From NCBI GenBank assembly GCA_964291295.2, contig OZ219754.1, forward strand, positions 896,001 to 960,000: DNA of 64,000 bases, given 5' to 3'. Below the pieces are notes generated by a model that saw nothing but the letters and a program-made list of their open reading frames with translations, had not been told where the DNA came from and made no database searches. Source of the stretch: an uncultured Candidatus Binatia bacterium. GTDB lineage: Bacteria; Desulfobacterota; Binatia; UBA9968; JAJDTQ01. Of the stretch, positions 9,891 to 18,434 are shown piece after piece. Within the stretch, counting starts at the first letter, position 1; every line of letters begins with the position of its first letter. A program made the translations under genes and the position numbers.

Positions 9891-9920
9891 GTTACCCGCC
9901 CGTTTCCTCAAGCGTCGCGG
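9891..9920. repeat. 30-bp imperfect direct repeat, right copy (partner 250..279)
   Basis: 27/30 identical to 250..279. Confidence 0.7.
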
Positions 9921-9960
9921 GAGAGCGCTGTGCCGTCCCGACCCGATGCGGCAGCCCGGT

Positions 9961-10398
9961 TCAGGCAGGCATTCCCGTGCACGGGGGGCACACGCCGTAG
10001 AGCACCAAATGGTGGCTTTCGAGGTGGAAGCCCTTGGGCGCCAGTTTCGTCAGTTTGTCGGTAGGACACCCCGGGACGTCGAAGACGCCGTGGCACTCGC
10101 GGCACTGGAAGTGGTGGTGGTGCTCCTTGCCGGTGATCTCGTAGCGGGCCGCCTCTCCGGGGATTTTCACCACAGCGAGCGCGCCGTCGGTCATCATGGT
10201 CTGGAGGGTGCGGTACACCGTGGCGATGCCCAGGCCGGGTGCCTTCACTTGCGCGGCTGCCAGGATGTCCCGTGGATTCAAGGGTCGATTGGCTTCCAGC
10301 AGCACGCGCTGGATGACGCTTCGCTGTCTCGTGCGTCTCTTGGCGCGCGGGCGCGTCAAGGGGTCTGTTTTGCCCGAGCGGCTTGTTCGGCTGATCAT
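9961..10398 (-). CDS. Fur-family transcriptional regulator (probably Zur)
   Basis: RRTRQRSVI, LGIATVYRTL, HHHHFQCRECHG, YGVCPPC; divergent from a metal ABC operon; start ATG10398 inferred. Confidence 0.9.
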   Translation of the reverse strand: MISRTSRSGKTDPLTRPRAKRRTRQRSVIQRVLLEANRPLNPRDILAAAQVKAPGLGIATVYRTLQTMMTDGALAVVKIPGEAARYEITGKEHHHHFQCRECHGVFDVPGCPTDKLTKLAPKGFHLESHHLVLYGVCPPCTGMPA

Positions 10399-10705
10399 TT
10401 GAACCCCCAAGGCCGGTCCCGGCGGGTGTGCCCGTCGGGCCGGCCTCGTCTCACCCATCCCCGCCGGTTCCGGCAACCCCGCCGGTCGGGCCGTGCGCTC
10501 TGTGGAAGGGCAGTCTTCATTATATCGGCCACGGACCTTCAGGTACACCTGACGGCGCCCGGGTCGCCGTCAGCCTCCTGAGCGGTTTCGCCCGGGCCAT
10601 GCGAGCGGGCCGCGCCGCCGGGTCTGCGGCGGCCACTCATGATATTCCATAATCATATACAATAGGCTATTCTCCAACAAACTCGCCTGCTGGTGCATTT
10701 TTTGC

Positions 10706-10740
10706 TTTCTATTGATATTGATAATCTGTTAGCTTATAAA
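10706..10740. promoter_or_regulatory. AT-rich Fur/Zur-box-like operator
   Basis: GATATTGATAATCTGTTAG between the regulator and the uptake operon. Confidence 0.5.
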
Positions 10741-10773
10741 TCAATCCAACGGTGACTGTCGGAAGGAGATCCC

Positions 10774-12249
10774 ATGAGATGTTTCGCGATCAACAGGGTG
10801 GTTCTTGGCTGCACGGCGTTTCTGCTGTCATGCGGGCTTTCGGTCCTTGCGGGGGCGCAGGAGCCGGTGGACGCACTCAAGCAGCAACTGCGGGAAATGC
10901 AGCAGCAGATGAGCGAATTGATGGAGCGTATCGAGGCGGTGGAGCGGGAGAAAGCTGAGACGGAACGCGTCTCTTCGGTCGAGCAATCGGTAAAGGCGAT
11001 TCAGGAGAGTCCGTCGATCCTGAATCCGTCCATCGGCCTGGCCATCGACACGACACTCGAACACCAGGGTGACACGGACGGAGAGTTCAACCTGCGGTCG
11101 GTGGAACTTGGCTTGGCGGCCGAGATCGACCCGTACGCCCGGGCCTATGCGTTCATCACTGCCAACGAGGATGGCGTCGAGATCGAAGAGGCGGCCGTGC
11201 AGACGACATCTCTGCCGGTCAACGTGACCGCCGGCCGTTTCTTCGCCGATTTTGGCCGTCTGGCCCAGTTCCATCAACACGAGCTTCCGTTCGTCAACAC
11301 GCCCTTGTCCCTCACACGGATGGTTGGCGGAGAGTCCCTGGGCACGGGCGTTCAGTGGAAATGGCTCATGCCGACTCCGTTCTTCCTTTCCTTCAGCGGT
11401 GGCGTGTTCAACGAGATCGGGCACGCGCACGGAGCCCACGACCATGGAGGCGACGCCCACGGTGACGAGGAAGAGGGGCACGAGAACCACGACCATCATG
11501 GCGACAATGATGGCGAGGACGAGGACCACGAGGGTGAGGACGAGGACCACGAGGGTGAGGACGAGGACCACGATGGCGAGGACGAGGACCACGAGGGTGA
11601 GGACGAGGACCACGAGGGTGAGGACGAGGACCACGGGGGTGAGGACGAGGACCACGGGGGTGAGGACGAGGACCACGCGGATACCAGTGGGGGTCGGGCC
11701 CTCCGCGACCTGACATACCTGGGCCGGGTGCATACCTTCTTCGATCTGAGCGAAACCTGGAACCTTGAGCTGGGCTCCTCGGTTGCGTTCACGCCGAGGT
11801 CGGAAGCCGGCCAGGAAGACAGCCGGCGCGCGCTCTTCGGGGCCGACGTGACGCTTCGGCATCGGCCGCTCACGCCCGGCGTTTATGAAGGCCTCACCAT
11901 CGCGGGCGAGTGGCTGACCAACAGGCAGGAGTTCCATGATGTCGGAACCATGACCGCCCGCGGCGGCTACGCCTACGCCAACCTGGACTTCAACCCGGAA
12001 TTTCCGGGCAAGTGGAGCTTCGGTCTGTTGCTGGACTCCGCGCCGAACCTGGAGAAACCCTCCGACAAGACGCTGAGCCTGTCGCCGTACATTTCGTGGT
12101 CGCCCAGCGAGTTCAATCGCCTGCGGCTGCAGTACACCCATGGTTGGGATCAGATCAAAGAAACACCGGGCCACGACGGCGCGCAGGTCTATCTCCAGTG
12201 GACCACCGTTATTGGCAGCCATACACATGGTTTTCGCGAGCGGCATTGA
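10774..12249 (+). CDS. Metal-regulated outer-membrane porin/receptor with His/Asp/Glu-rich insert
   Basis: Signal peptide, coiled coil, LNPSIG, ELGLAAEIDPY, GRFFADFGRL..H.HELPFV, WSPSEFNRLRLQY, C-terminal IGSHTHGF. Confidence 0.8.
   Translation: MRCFAINRVVLGCTAFLLSCGLSVLAGAQEPVDALKQQLREMQQQMSELMERIEAVEREKAETERVSSVEQSVKAIQESPSILNPSIGLAIDTTLEHQGDTDGEFNLRSVELGLAAEIDPYARAYAFITANEDGVEIEEAAVQTTSLPVNVTAGRFFADFGRLAQFHQHELPFVNTPLSLTRMVGGESLGTGVQWKWLMPTPFFLSFSGGVFNEIGHAHGAHDHGGDAHGDEEEGHENHDHHGDNDGEDEDHEGEDEDHEGEDEDHDGEDEDHEGEDEDHEGEDEDHGGEDEDHGGEDEDHADTSGGRALRDLTYLGRVHTFFDLSETWNLELGSSVAFTPRSEAGQEDSRRALFGADVTLRHRPLTPGVYEGLTIAGEWLTNRQEFHDVGTMTARGGYAYANLDFNPEFPGKWSFGLLLDSAPNLEKPSDKTLSLSPYISWSPSEFNRLRLQYTHGWDQIKETPGHDGAQVYLQWTTVIGSHTHGFRERH
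11509..11676 (+). repeat. 21-bp tandem repeat x8 encoding (D/E/G)GEDEDH
   Basis: 8 units of gagggtgaggacgaggaccac with first-codon variants. Confidence 0.95.
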
Positions 12250-12329
12250 AGCGAGGCAAGGCGGAATCGCCTTGCCGGCCCCTCGCCGCGGGTCGGGCTG
12301 ATCCGACGAGTTCCTGAAACCAGGGAGAC

Positions 12330-13277
12330 ATGCGCATGATGAACATATTCTTGACGAGCACATTCCAACGATGGTGGCCGCTGCCCGCACTGGCGCTGGC
12401 GCTGGTCATGGGGTTCGCGGTTCCGGCGGCAGCAAGGGAGATCCGCGTGGTGACGACCATCCCGGACCTCGCCGACATCACGCGGCAGATCGGTGGTGAG
12501 CAGGTTGCGGTGCGGAGCCTGACGTTGGGCGCCCGGGACATGCACGGCATCCAGGTGAAGCCAAGCATGGTCAGCCTGCTGAGCCGTGCGGACGCGGTGG
12601 TGCTGATGGGGCTTTCGCTGGAGCATTCCTTCCTGCCGGCCCTGCTCGATGTGGCGGCCAACCCGCGGATCGTGCGCGGCGGGGCGGGTTACATCGACAC
12701 CTCTGCCGGCGTCGTTCCTCTGGGGCCGCCCAAGACGCTCTCGCGCAAGGGCGGCGATGTCCATCCCTTGGGCAATCCCCACTACAATCTCGACCCGGTC
12801 CTGGGCAAGCTCATCGCGCGCAACATCGCCGAGGGCCTGTCCAGGGCGGACTCACGGCGGCGTGCCTTCTTCATGAAGAACCTGCAAGCCTACGAAGCGG
12901 AGCTGGACCGGCGCATCACCGGTTGGCAGCGGAGGGCTGCGGGCCTGAAGGGGGTCCGGTTCGTCAACTACCACGACGACATGGCCTACTTCGCCCGGCG
13001 CTACGGCATGCGGCTCTTCGGCACGCTGGAGTTGGCCCCGGGCATCGGGCCGACGCCGGCACACATCGTTCAACTGGTGGAGCGGATGAAGGCCGCCAAG
13101 GTGCCGCTGGTGCTCTACGGCACCTATCCGAGCCGGGTGCCGAAACGCGTGGCCCGGGAGACCGGCGCCGCTCTGGTGCCCGTGCCCTTGTACGTGGGCG
13201 GTGCCCCGGGGGTGGACACGTACGTCGGGTTGATCGACCACCTCGTCACCCGCCTGTCGCAGGCCGTCGCTCGATGA
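12330..13277 (+). CDS. znuA: Zn/Mn ABC transporter substrate-binding protein
   Basis: VVTTIPDLADI, DMH, DVHPLGNPHYNLDP, YHDD, PGIGPTPAH. Confidence 0.85.
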   Translation: MRMMNIFLTSTFQRWWPLPALALALVMGFAVPAAAREIRVVTTIPDLADITRQIGGEQVAVRSLTLGARDMHGIQVKPSMVSLLSRADAVVLMGLSLEHSFLPALLDVAANPRIVRGGAGYIDTSAGVVPLGPPKTLSRKGGDVHPLGNPHYNLDPVLGKLIARNIAEGLSRADSRRRAFFMKNLQAYEAELDRRITGWQRRAAGLKGVRFVNYHDDMAYFARRYGMRLFGTLELAPGIGPTPAHIVQLVERMKAAKVPLVLYGTYPSRVPKRVARETGAALVPVPLYVGGAPGVDTYVGLIDHLVTRLSQAVAR

Positions 13278-13951
13278 TCGCGGGCGCGGCGTCGGCGCGT
13301 CCGCTTCTGGCGCTCCAACGGGCGCGCCTGGGGTACGGCGGAGAGACGGTGCTCGACCATGTCCACGTGCGCATCGACGCCGGCGAATTCGTCGGGCTGA
13401 CGGGGGCCAACGGCTCCGGCAAGACCACTCTCCTGCGGTCCATGCTGGGGCTGTTGCCGCTGCACGGCGGCAGCGTGGAACGAGAAAACCTGCCGCCCGC
13501 GCGGCTCGGCTACGTGCCCCAGCAACTATCCCTTGACGCCTGGTTCCCGTTGAGCGTGTGGGAGGTGGCGGCCATGGGCGCTTACGGACGCTTGCGTCCC
13601 TGGCGGCGATTTCCCCGGCATGAACGCCAGCGGGTCGATGCGGCCCTGGAACAGGTGGGGCTTGCTTCCCTCCGGCGGGTTCTCTTCTTCCATCTTTCCG
13701 GCGGGCAGCGCCAGCGCGTGCTCATGGCCAGGGCGCTGACGGTGGAGCCGTCGCTGTTGCTGCTCGATGAGCCCTTCGCCGGCGTCGATCGGGCGGCCCG
13801 CGAGGACATCGCGCAGCGACTCGGAGCGATCAACCGGCGCTCGCGTCTGGCCATCGTCCTGTGCAGTCACGACAGCGAACTTCTGGCGCGCGCTTGCGGG
13901 CGCGTGATCCACGTTTCGGACGGGCGCGTGCATGGCAGCGCGCGTGCATGA
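13274..13951 (+). CDS. znuC: Metal ABC transporter ATP-binding protein
   Basis: GANGSGKT, LSGGQRQR, LLLLDEP; ATGA overlap with upstream gene. Confidence 0.9.
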   Translation: MIAGAASARPLLALQRARLGYGGETVLDHVHVRIDAGEFVGLTGANGSGKTTLLRSMLGLLPLHGGSVERENLPPARLGYVPQQLSLDAWFPLSVWEVAAMGAYGRLRPWRRFPRHERQRVDAALEQVGLASLRRVLFFHLSGGQRQRVLMARALTVEPSLLLLDEPFAGVDRAAREDIAQRLGAINRRSRLAIVLCSHDSELLARACGRVIHVSDGRVHGSARA

Positions 13952-13963
13952 GGTCCGTCTGGC

Positions 13964-14875
13964 GTGCTGCAGGCGTTCGCGGAGATACTGGCCCCTTCCT
14001 TCCTGCTCTTCCCGGCGGTGCTGGGAAGCGTGGTCCTCGGACTGGTGTGCCCCGCGGTGGGAGGCTTCCTGGTGCTCCGGCGCAGCGTTCTGCTGGGCTT
14101 GGTGCTGCCTCAGTTGGCGGCTGCGGGCGCGGCGTTCGCCCTGTTTGCGCACGCAGTCGGCCTTGTGCCGCATCCGGGCCACTCCACGGGCCACGCCGGC
14201 CACGCGGGCCAGATGGAGGGCATTCTGGCCTACGGCGGTTCGTTGCTGTTCACCTTCGCGGGCATGGCGCTCCTGGGCCTGACGCACCGGGGCGGCGCCG
14301 GGCGCTCGGAGACGCGGCTGGCCGTGGTCTATGCCTTGGCGGGGTCGCTCACGGTTCTCTTCGTGGCGTTCCACCCCTTTGGCGACGCGGCGATCCTGGG
14401 TCTCGTCAAGGGCGAGGCCGTGGTGCTGTCTTGGGCCGAACTCGCCGGCTTGAGCGCGGTCCATGTGGCGGCGGCGGCGTGCCTTGTACTGTTTCGACGT
14501 GAATTGCTGATGGTGTCGTTCGACCGCGACCTCGCCTTCCTCCTCCGGGGAGGCGTCTCCAGGTGGGACCTGCTCTTCCATCTGACCGCCGGGGTCACCA
14601 TTGCACTGGGCGTCATGATGGCCGGTCCTCTGCTCACCTTCGGCCTGCTGATGCTCCCGCCCATCGCCGCGCGGCCCCTGGTGTCGCGGATGGCGCCGTG
14701 GTTCATCGCATCGTCGCTCGCGGGTGCCGGCATCGGTGTCACCGGCTTCGCTGTCGCCTACCGGTTCGACGTGCCGCTGGGTCCTGCGGTGCTGACCCTG
14801 GGCTGTGGGCTGGTGCTGGCGGTTCACGCCCTGGCGCGGCTGTTGGTACGTCTCATGAAGGGCCTAGCATTTTGA
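13964..14875 (+). CDS. znuB: Metal ABC transporter permease; last ~11 codons supplied by the inserted cassette
   Basis: ABC-3 pattern GGFLVLRR...LPQLAAAG, LLMVSFDRDLA, AGPLLTFGLLMLP. Confidence 0.85.
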   Translation: MLQAFAEILAPSFLLFPAVLGSVVLGLVCPAVGGFLVLRRSVLLGLVLPQLAAAGAAFALFAHAVGLVPHPGHSTGHAGHAGQMEGILAYGGSLLFTFAGMALLGLTHRGGAGRSETRLAVVYALAGSLTVLFVAFHPFGDAAILGLVKGEAVVLSWAELAGLSAVHVAAAACLVLFRRELLMVSFDRDLAFLLRGGVSRWDLLFHLTAGVTIALGVMMAGPLLTFGLLMLPPIAARPLVSRMAPWFIASSLAGAGIGVTGFAVAYRFDVPLGPAVLTLGCGLVLAVHALARLLVRLMKGLAF

Positions 14876-15240
14876 GATTTTGAGGAAGATGGATTGACGG
14901 ATGTGGTCCGGACGAAAGGCCTGGGATTGGCATTGTGGCCAGCCAAGGAGTGCTTGATGGCCACAATCCGTTCCGGGACGCTGCGAAAGACACCGCGGCG
15001 CAGACGTTGGGGAGTCAGCTTTGCGAACCCACTTTCGACGAGATTGAGCCAGGAGGTGCGGGTGGGCGTGAAATGGAGTCGGAATCGCGGGTGAGCAGCC
15101 AGCCACCGGCGCAGCGCTTCATGCCGGTGAGTTCCATGATTGTCCAGGATGATGTGCCGGGTCGGGTCGCGCGGGAAGGCACGGTGGAGGCGCCGCAGGA
15201 ACTTCAGGAACTCCTGATGCCGATACGGACCGATGAAGGC
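14840..15240 (-). pseudogene. IS630-family transposase C-terminal fragment (left arm, copy 1)
   Basis: RHQEFLKFLRRL..HIILDNHGTH..HPRFRLHFTPTRTSWLNLVE..LRRGVFRSV; no N-terminus; frameshift near end. Confidence 0.9.
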
Positions 15241-15301
15241 GCTTCGTCCAGGTACGACCGCCCCCGACCGTGCCGCGGCCGGCCCGCTGGCGGCCACGGT
15301 C

Positions 15302-15589
15302 TCAGCGCCCGGGCGTGGCGGCCAGCACCTCGTCGAGGCTCGCCGCCACCAGCACGGCCTCCGCCCAGGCCTCCAGTTCGGAGGCCGACGCACGGCGAAC
15401 CCGCTCGCCCACCGCGTCCGGCACATCACCGAAGCGCAACGCCAGTTGACGAAGAAGAAGTTCCGCCAAGGCCTGTATCCGGCCTCGTTCGATTCCCTTC
15501 TCCATTCCCTCGGCCCTTCCTTCAGCTCTTCCCCGTTCGATTCCCTGTTCGATTCCCTGTTCGATCCAGGCTTGCGCGACTGTGCCCAT
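15302..15589 (-). CDS. Putative intragenic small protein RpnS (antitoxin), copy 1, 95 aa
   Basis: In-frame ATG (MGTVAQAWIEQG) preceded by GGGAGG at 5-nt spacing. Confidence 0.6.
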   Translation of the reverse strand: MGTVAQAWIEQGIEQGIERGRAEGRAEGMEKGIERGRIQALAELLLRQLALRFGDVPDAVGERVRRASASELEAWAEAVLVAASLDEVLAATPGR

Positions 15590-16315
15590 CAGTGCCTCCC
15601 AACGGTCCGGCTTTGTCCGGCGCAGCGACGCCTCCAGCAAGGGCGGCGTCAGGTTCATGCACTCGGCCATGTAACGCACAATATGACGCTCGAACGCGCT
15701 CCCCGCAACCGGCCCGCCCGTCATCTGGTCCAGAAGATCCGTCGGTATGTCCTCGGCATATACCACCTTGAGTGCCAGAAGCCCGGCCCGCACTTCGGGC
15801 GAGACCGACAACCGCCTTGGCGCAATCTCGCCAAGGTCATGCAGCACATAGGCGAACTCCCTGACGAAAGGCTCCAACTCCCCGGGCGCGTCGATCATCC
15901 CCGGCACCGAGGGCGCCGCGGTCCAGCGGCCCCGACCGTGGTAGAAAACCAGCGGAATGATCGCCGGCAGCCGGTCCCCGGCGGCGCCATTCTCGACCTC
16001 GCGGCGCCAGATGTTGACCATGTATTTCAGGAGTTGGAGCGGCGTGTCCGCGTCGACGCGGCTCTTGTGTTCGAGCAGCACATAGAGCCGCGCATCGTGG
16101 CCGCTCCTCAGTCTCACCCGGAACAGCGCATCGCACTGGGTCCGCGCGGCGTCCTCGTCCACGAAGTGGCCCTCCACCGCCTCGGGCGGGGCCTCGGGGT
16201 CGAGAAGAGCGGCGACTTCTTGCGGCAGGTATTGCGCCAGCAGCGCGGCGGCGCGGGCCGGCTCGGAGACCAGTGCCCGGAACAGCGCATCGTGCGGCGT
16301 CGTCGGAAGGCTCAC
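15302..16315 (-). CDS. Rpn-family (YhgA-like) PD-(D/E)XK nuclease with DUF4351-like tail, copy 1
   Basis: TPHDALF, HFVDE..QCDALF, YVLLEHKS, LLKYMVNIW, IIPLVFYHG, (I/R/M)xE(Q/K/R/G)G repeats, LLLRQLALRFG..LEAWAEAVL. Confidence 0.9.
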   Translation of the reverse strand: MSLPTTPHDALFRALVSEPARAAALLAQYLPQEVAALLDPEAPPEAVEGHFVDEDAARTQCDALFRVRLRSGHDARLYVLLEHKSRVDADTPLQLLKYMVNIWRREVENGAAGDRLPAIIPLVFYHGRGRWTAAPSVPGMIDAPGELEPFVREFAYVLHDLGEIAPRRLSVSPEVRAGLLALKVVYAEDIPTDLLDQMTGGPVAGSAFERHIVRYMAECMNLTPPLLEASLRRTKPDRWEALMGTVAQAWIEQGIEQGIERGRAEGRAEGMEKGIERGRIQALAELLLRQLALRFGDVPDAVGERVRRASASELEAWAEAVLVAASLDEVLAATPGR

Positions 16316-16324
16316 CGGGCGGGT

Positions 16325-16485
16325 TCCCCGGCGTCTTTCGCAGCGTCCCGGAACGGATTGCCGCCATCAAGCACTACCTGGCTTGCCACAATGCCAATCC
16401 CAAGCCTTTCGTCCGGAATACATCCGTCCACTCCATCCTGCGCAAGATCGCAGATTGTAAGGCCATTCATGAGACACACCACTAG
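16325..16485 (+). pseudogene. IS630 3' end fragment (right arm, copy 1)
   Basis: GVFRSVPERIAAIKHYLACHNANPKPFVRNTSVHSILRKIADCKAIHETHH*, inverted relative to the left arm. Confidence 0.85.
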
Positions 16486-17891
16486 GGACATGGCTCCGGC
16501 GCTGACGGGCCGCGTCGCCCGGCGTCGCGGAACGCCTCCTCGGTGCAGGCTGTCAGCAGCCGGTCATGGGCGTGGTCCGGGGCGAAGACGCGGAACTTGA
16601 CGATCTTGGAGGGGATGTAGGCGAACAGCTCGGCCATGGACTCCTTGGTGATGACGCCGGTGGCCGGATCGTAGGTGTGAATCTGCTTCTTTCCCATGGC
16701 CATGGGGTTTTCCGGACGGGAATCCTGGCTCGCGATGTCCACGTGGTACACCAGGCTCCGTTGCGCCTCGGGCAGGGCCGCGCGGATCAGGCTCTCCCAC
16801 CGGGGAACCTCGATGGCGTCGAGCCCGCTCTCCAATTCCGCCGCCGAGAGGGTTCGCTCGCAAGCCAGCCGCCACTTGAGGTCGCGGTCGAGGATGCGGC
16901 CCCATTCGCGTCCCAGGGAGATGCCGAGACGGCGCCAGCGGGACACCTCCTGCAGCAGCGACCCGTCGGTCAGATTCAGGTACGACTCCATGTTGTCCAA
17001 GGGGTTGCCCGGTGCGATGCGGGCCATGGTTTCCGGGAACAACTCCTGGAGGTGCACGTCGATGGCTCGGGTGGTGCGGTGGAAGTAGACGTTCTCATAG
17101 AGGTATTTGCGCGCGTTCAGGAACATGGTGAGGGCGCCCTCGCCGGAACGGTGCAGGGTCAGCCCCTTGGGCGAGATGAAGGTGTAGTGGATGAGCCTTT
17201 CGCGGTCGATGGGGCCCACCGAGACCCCGCACATGTAGGAGTCGCGCGACACGTAGTCGAGGTTGTCGAAGGTGAAGATGCCGTTGGTGAGGGGCTGAAG
17301 GAAGCGCAGCCACAGGGGCCTGGCGGGGTCGTCCGCGGAGTCCTTCTTGATGGGAAAGGCGATGTCGTCGGGGTCGAGCGCTTCTCCGTCGGCAAAGCGC
17401 CCCGACGGGCTGCGGCGGATGCGGCGGATGATGTCGCCGAGATGCTCGCGGATGATGACCTGGGAGATGTCTTCGTGGATCAGGCCGTACTGGCTCAGGA
17501 AGTGGTTGTCGAAAAAATGACAGAAGGGGCCGTGGCCGACATCGTGCAGCAGTCCGGTGACCCGCATGTACTCTTCCACGCAGGCGGCGGAAGGGCACGC
17601 GTCGCCCAGTACCCGGCGCAGCGACGGGTAGAGGCTGCGGGCAAAGGCGCCGGCGAGGTGCATGGCCCCCAGACAGTGCTGGAAACGGCTGTGCTCCGCC
17701 GAGGGATAGACCCAGCGGGCGCTCTGAAGCTGGAATATGTAGCGAAGGCGCTGGAACCAGGGGGAATCGATCAGGTTCTTTTCCGTGACCTCGTCCGGAT
17801 CCTCGGGGACGGTGAAAGGGATGTAACGGTGGATCGGGTCGGCGATGAGGGAGCACCCCGAGTACGCCTCACGCGCCCCGTCGGCGGTCAC
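16482..17891 (-). CDS. HD-domain phosphohydrolase (dNTP triphosphohydrolase-like)
   Basis: IADPIHRYI, FQRLRYIFQL, AEHSRFQH, LLHDVGHGPF, DNLDYVSRD, VYFHRTTR; GTGA overlap with archease. Confidence 0.85.
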   Translation of the reverse strand: MTADGAREAYSGCSLIADPIHRYIPFTVPEDPDEVTEKNLIDSPWFQRLRYIFQLQSARWVYPSAEHSRFQHCLGAMHLAGAFARSLYPSLRRVLGDACPSAACVEEYMRVTGLLHDVGHGPFCHFFDNHFLSQYGLIHEDISQVIIREHLGDIIRRIRRSPSGRFADGEALDPDDIAFPIKKDSADDPARPLWLRFLQPLTNGIFTFDNLDYVSRDSYMCGVSVGPIDRERLIHYTFISPKGLTLHRSGEGALTMFLNARKYLYENVYFHRTTRAIDVHLQELFPETMARIAPGNPLDNMESYLNLTDGSLLQEVSRWRRLGISLGREWGRILDRDLKWRLACERTLSAAELESGLDAIEVPRWESLIRAALPEAQRSLVYHVDIASQDSRPENPMAMGKKQIHTYDPATGVITKESMAELFAYIPSKIVKFRVFAPDHAHDRLLTACTEEAFRDAGRRGPSAPEPCP

Positions 17892-18316
17892 AGCTCGAAA
17901 CCCACCTGCGCGGTCCACTGGGCGCCCATCTTGCCCAAGTGGCTCACGCGCTCGGCCACAGCGCCGATGGCCTCGCGCTCCTCGTGACGGTCGGGATCGA
18001 ACTTCTCGCCCCGCGCCTCGGCATGCACGAAGAATTCGCCGGCCTTGCGCACGTCGAATTCCTTCAACACGTACCCGCTGGCCTGGTACTCGTAGAGCAG
18101 TTCGCGTATCCAGTTGACCATCAGGTCGTCGTTGTCGAGCCCTTCCACCTCAAGGATGACGCTCTCGCGCACCTCCACGGTGTCCGGGTCCACCAACAGG
18201 TCGAACAGCGCAGTTCCGGCGTCCGCGAGAATCTGCGGCAGCGAATCGCCGGAGAGCCGGATGCTCAGCTCCGACGACTTCCGAATCACTCTGTATTTCT
18301 TGTTCCCGTCCGCCAT
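17888..18316 (-). CDS. Archease (SHS2 domain protein)
   Basis: LMVNWIRELLY, AEARGEKFDPDRH, C-terminal WTAQVGFEL. Confidence 0.75.
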   Translation of the reverse strand: MADGNKKYRVIRKSSELSIRLSGDSLPQILADAGTALFDLLVDPDTVEVRESVILEVEGLDNDDLMVNWIRELLYEYQASGYVLKEFDVRKAGEFFVHAEARGEKFDPDRHEEREAIGAVAERVSHLGKMGAQWTAQVGFEL

Positions 18317-18434
18317 CGTCGTGTTACCTTGAGCCCCCCCTGTCCCCGGCCGCCGCTCTTGCCGAAACCGTGGATCCCGGGCCTCCTTCAGTCTCGCACA
18401 AACAGGCGGAGGTGCACAGGGCCGTTGCGGGACG

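Larger units (their letters stand above)
14840..16485. mobile_element. IS630-end-bounded Rpn cassette, copy 1 (1646 bp)
   Basis: Inverted IS630 3' fragments at both ends around an Rpn gene; near-identical copy at 48065..49770 in a different context; right end at CTAG. Confidence 0.85.

Noticed and set aside
11509-11676. Possible CRISPR or non-coding array
   Set aside because: In-frame coding repeat without spacers.
14840-16485. Intact autonomous IS630, or Rpn acting as the transposase
   Set aside because: IS630 parts lack the HTH and first catalytic Asp region and are frameshifted; Rpn proteins are not established transposases despite legacy annotation.
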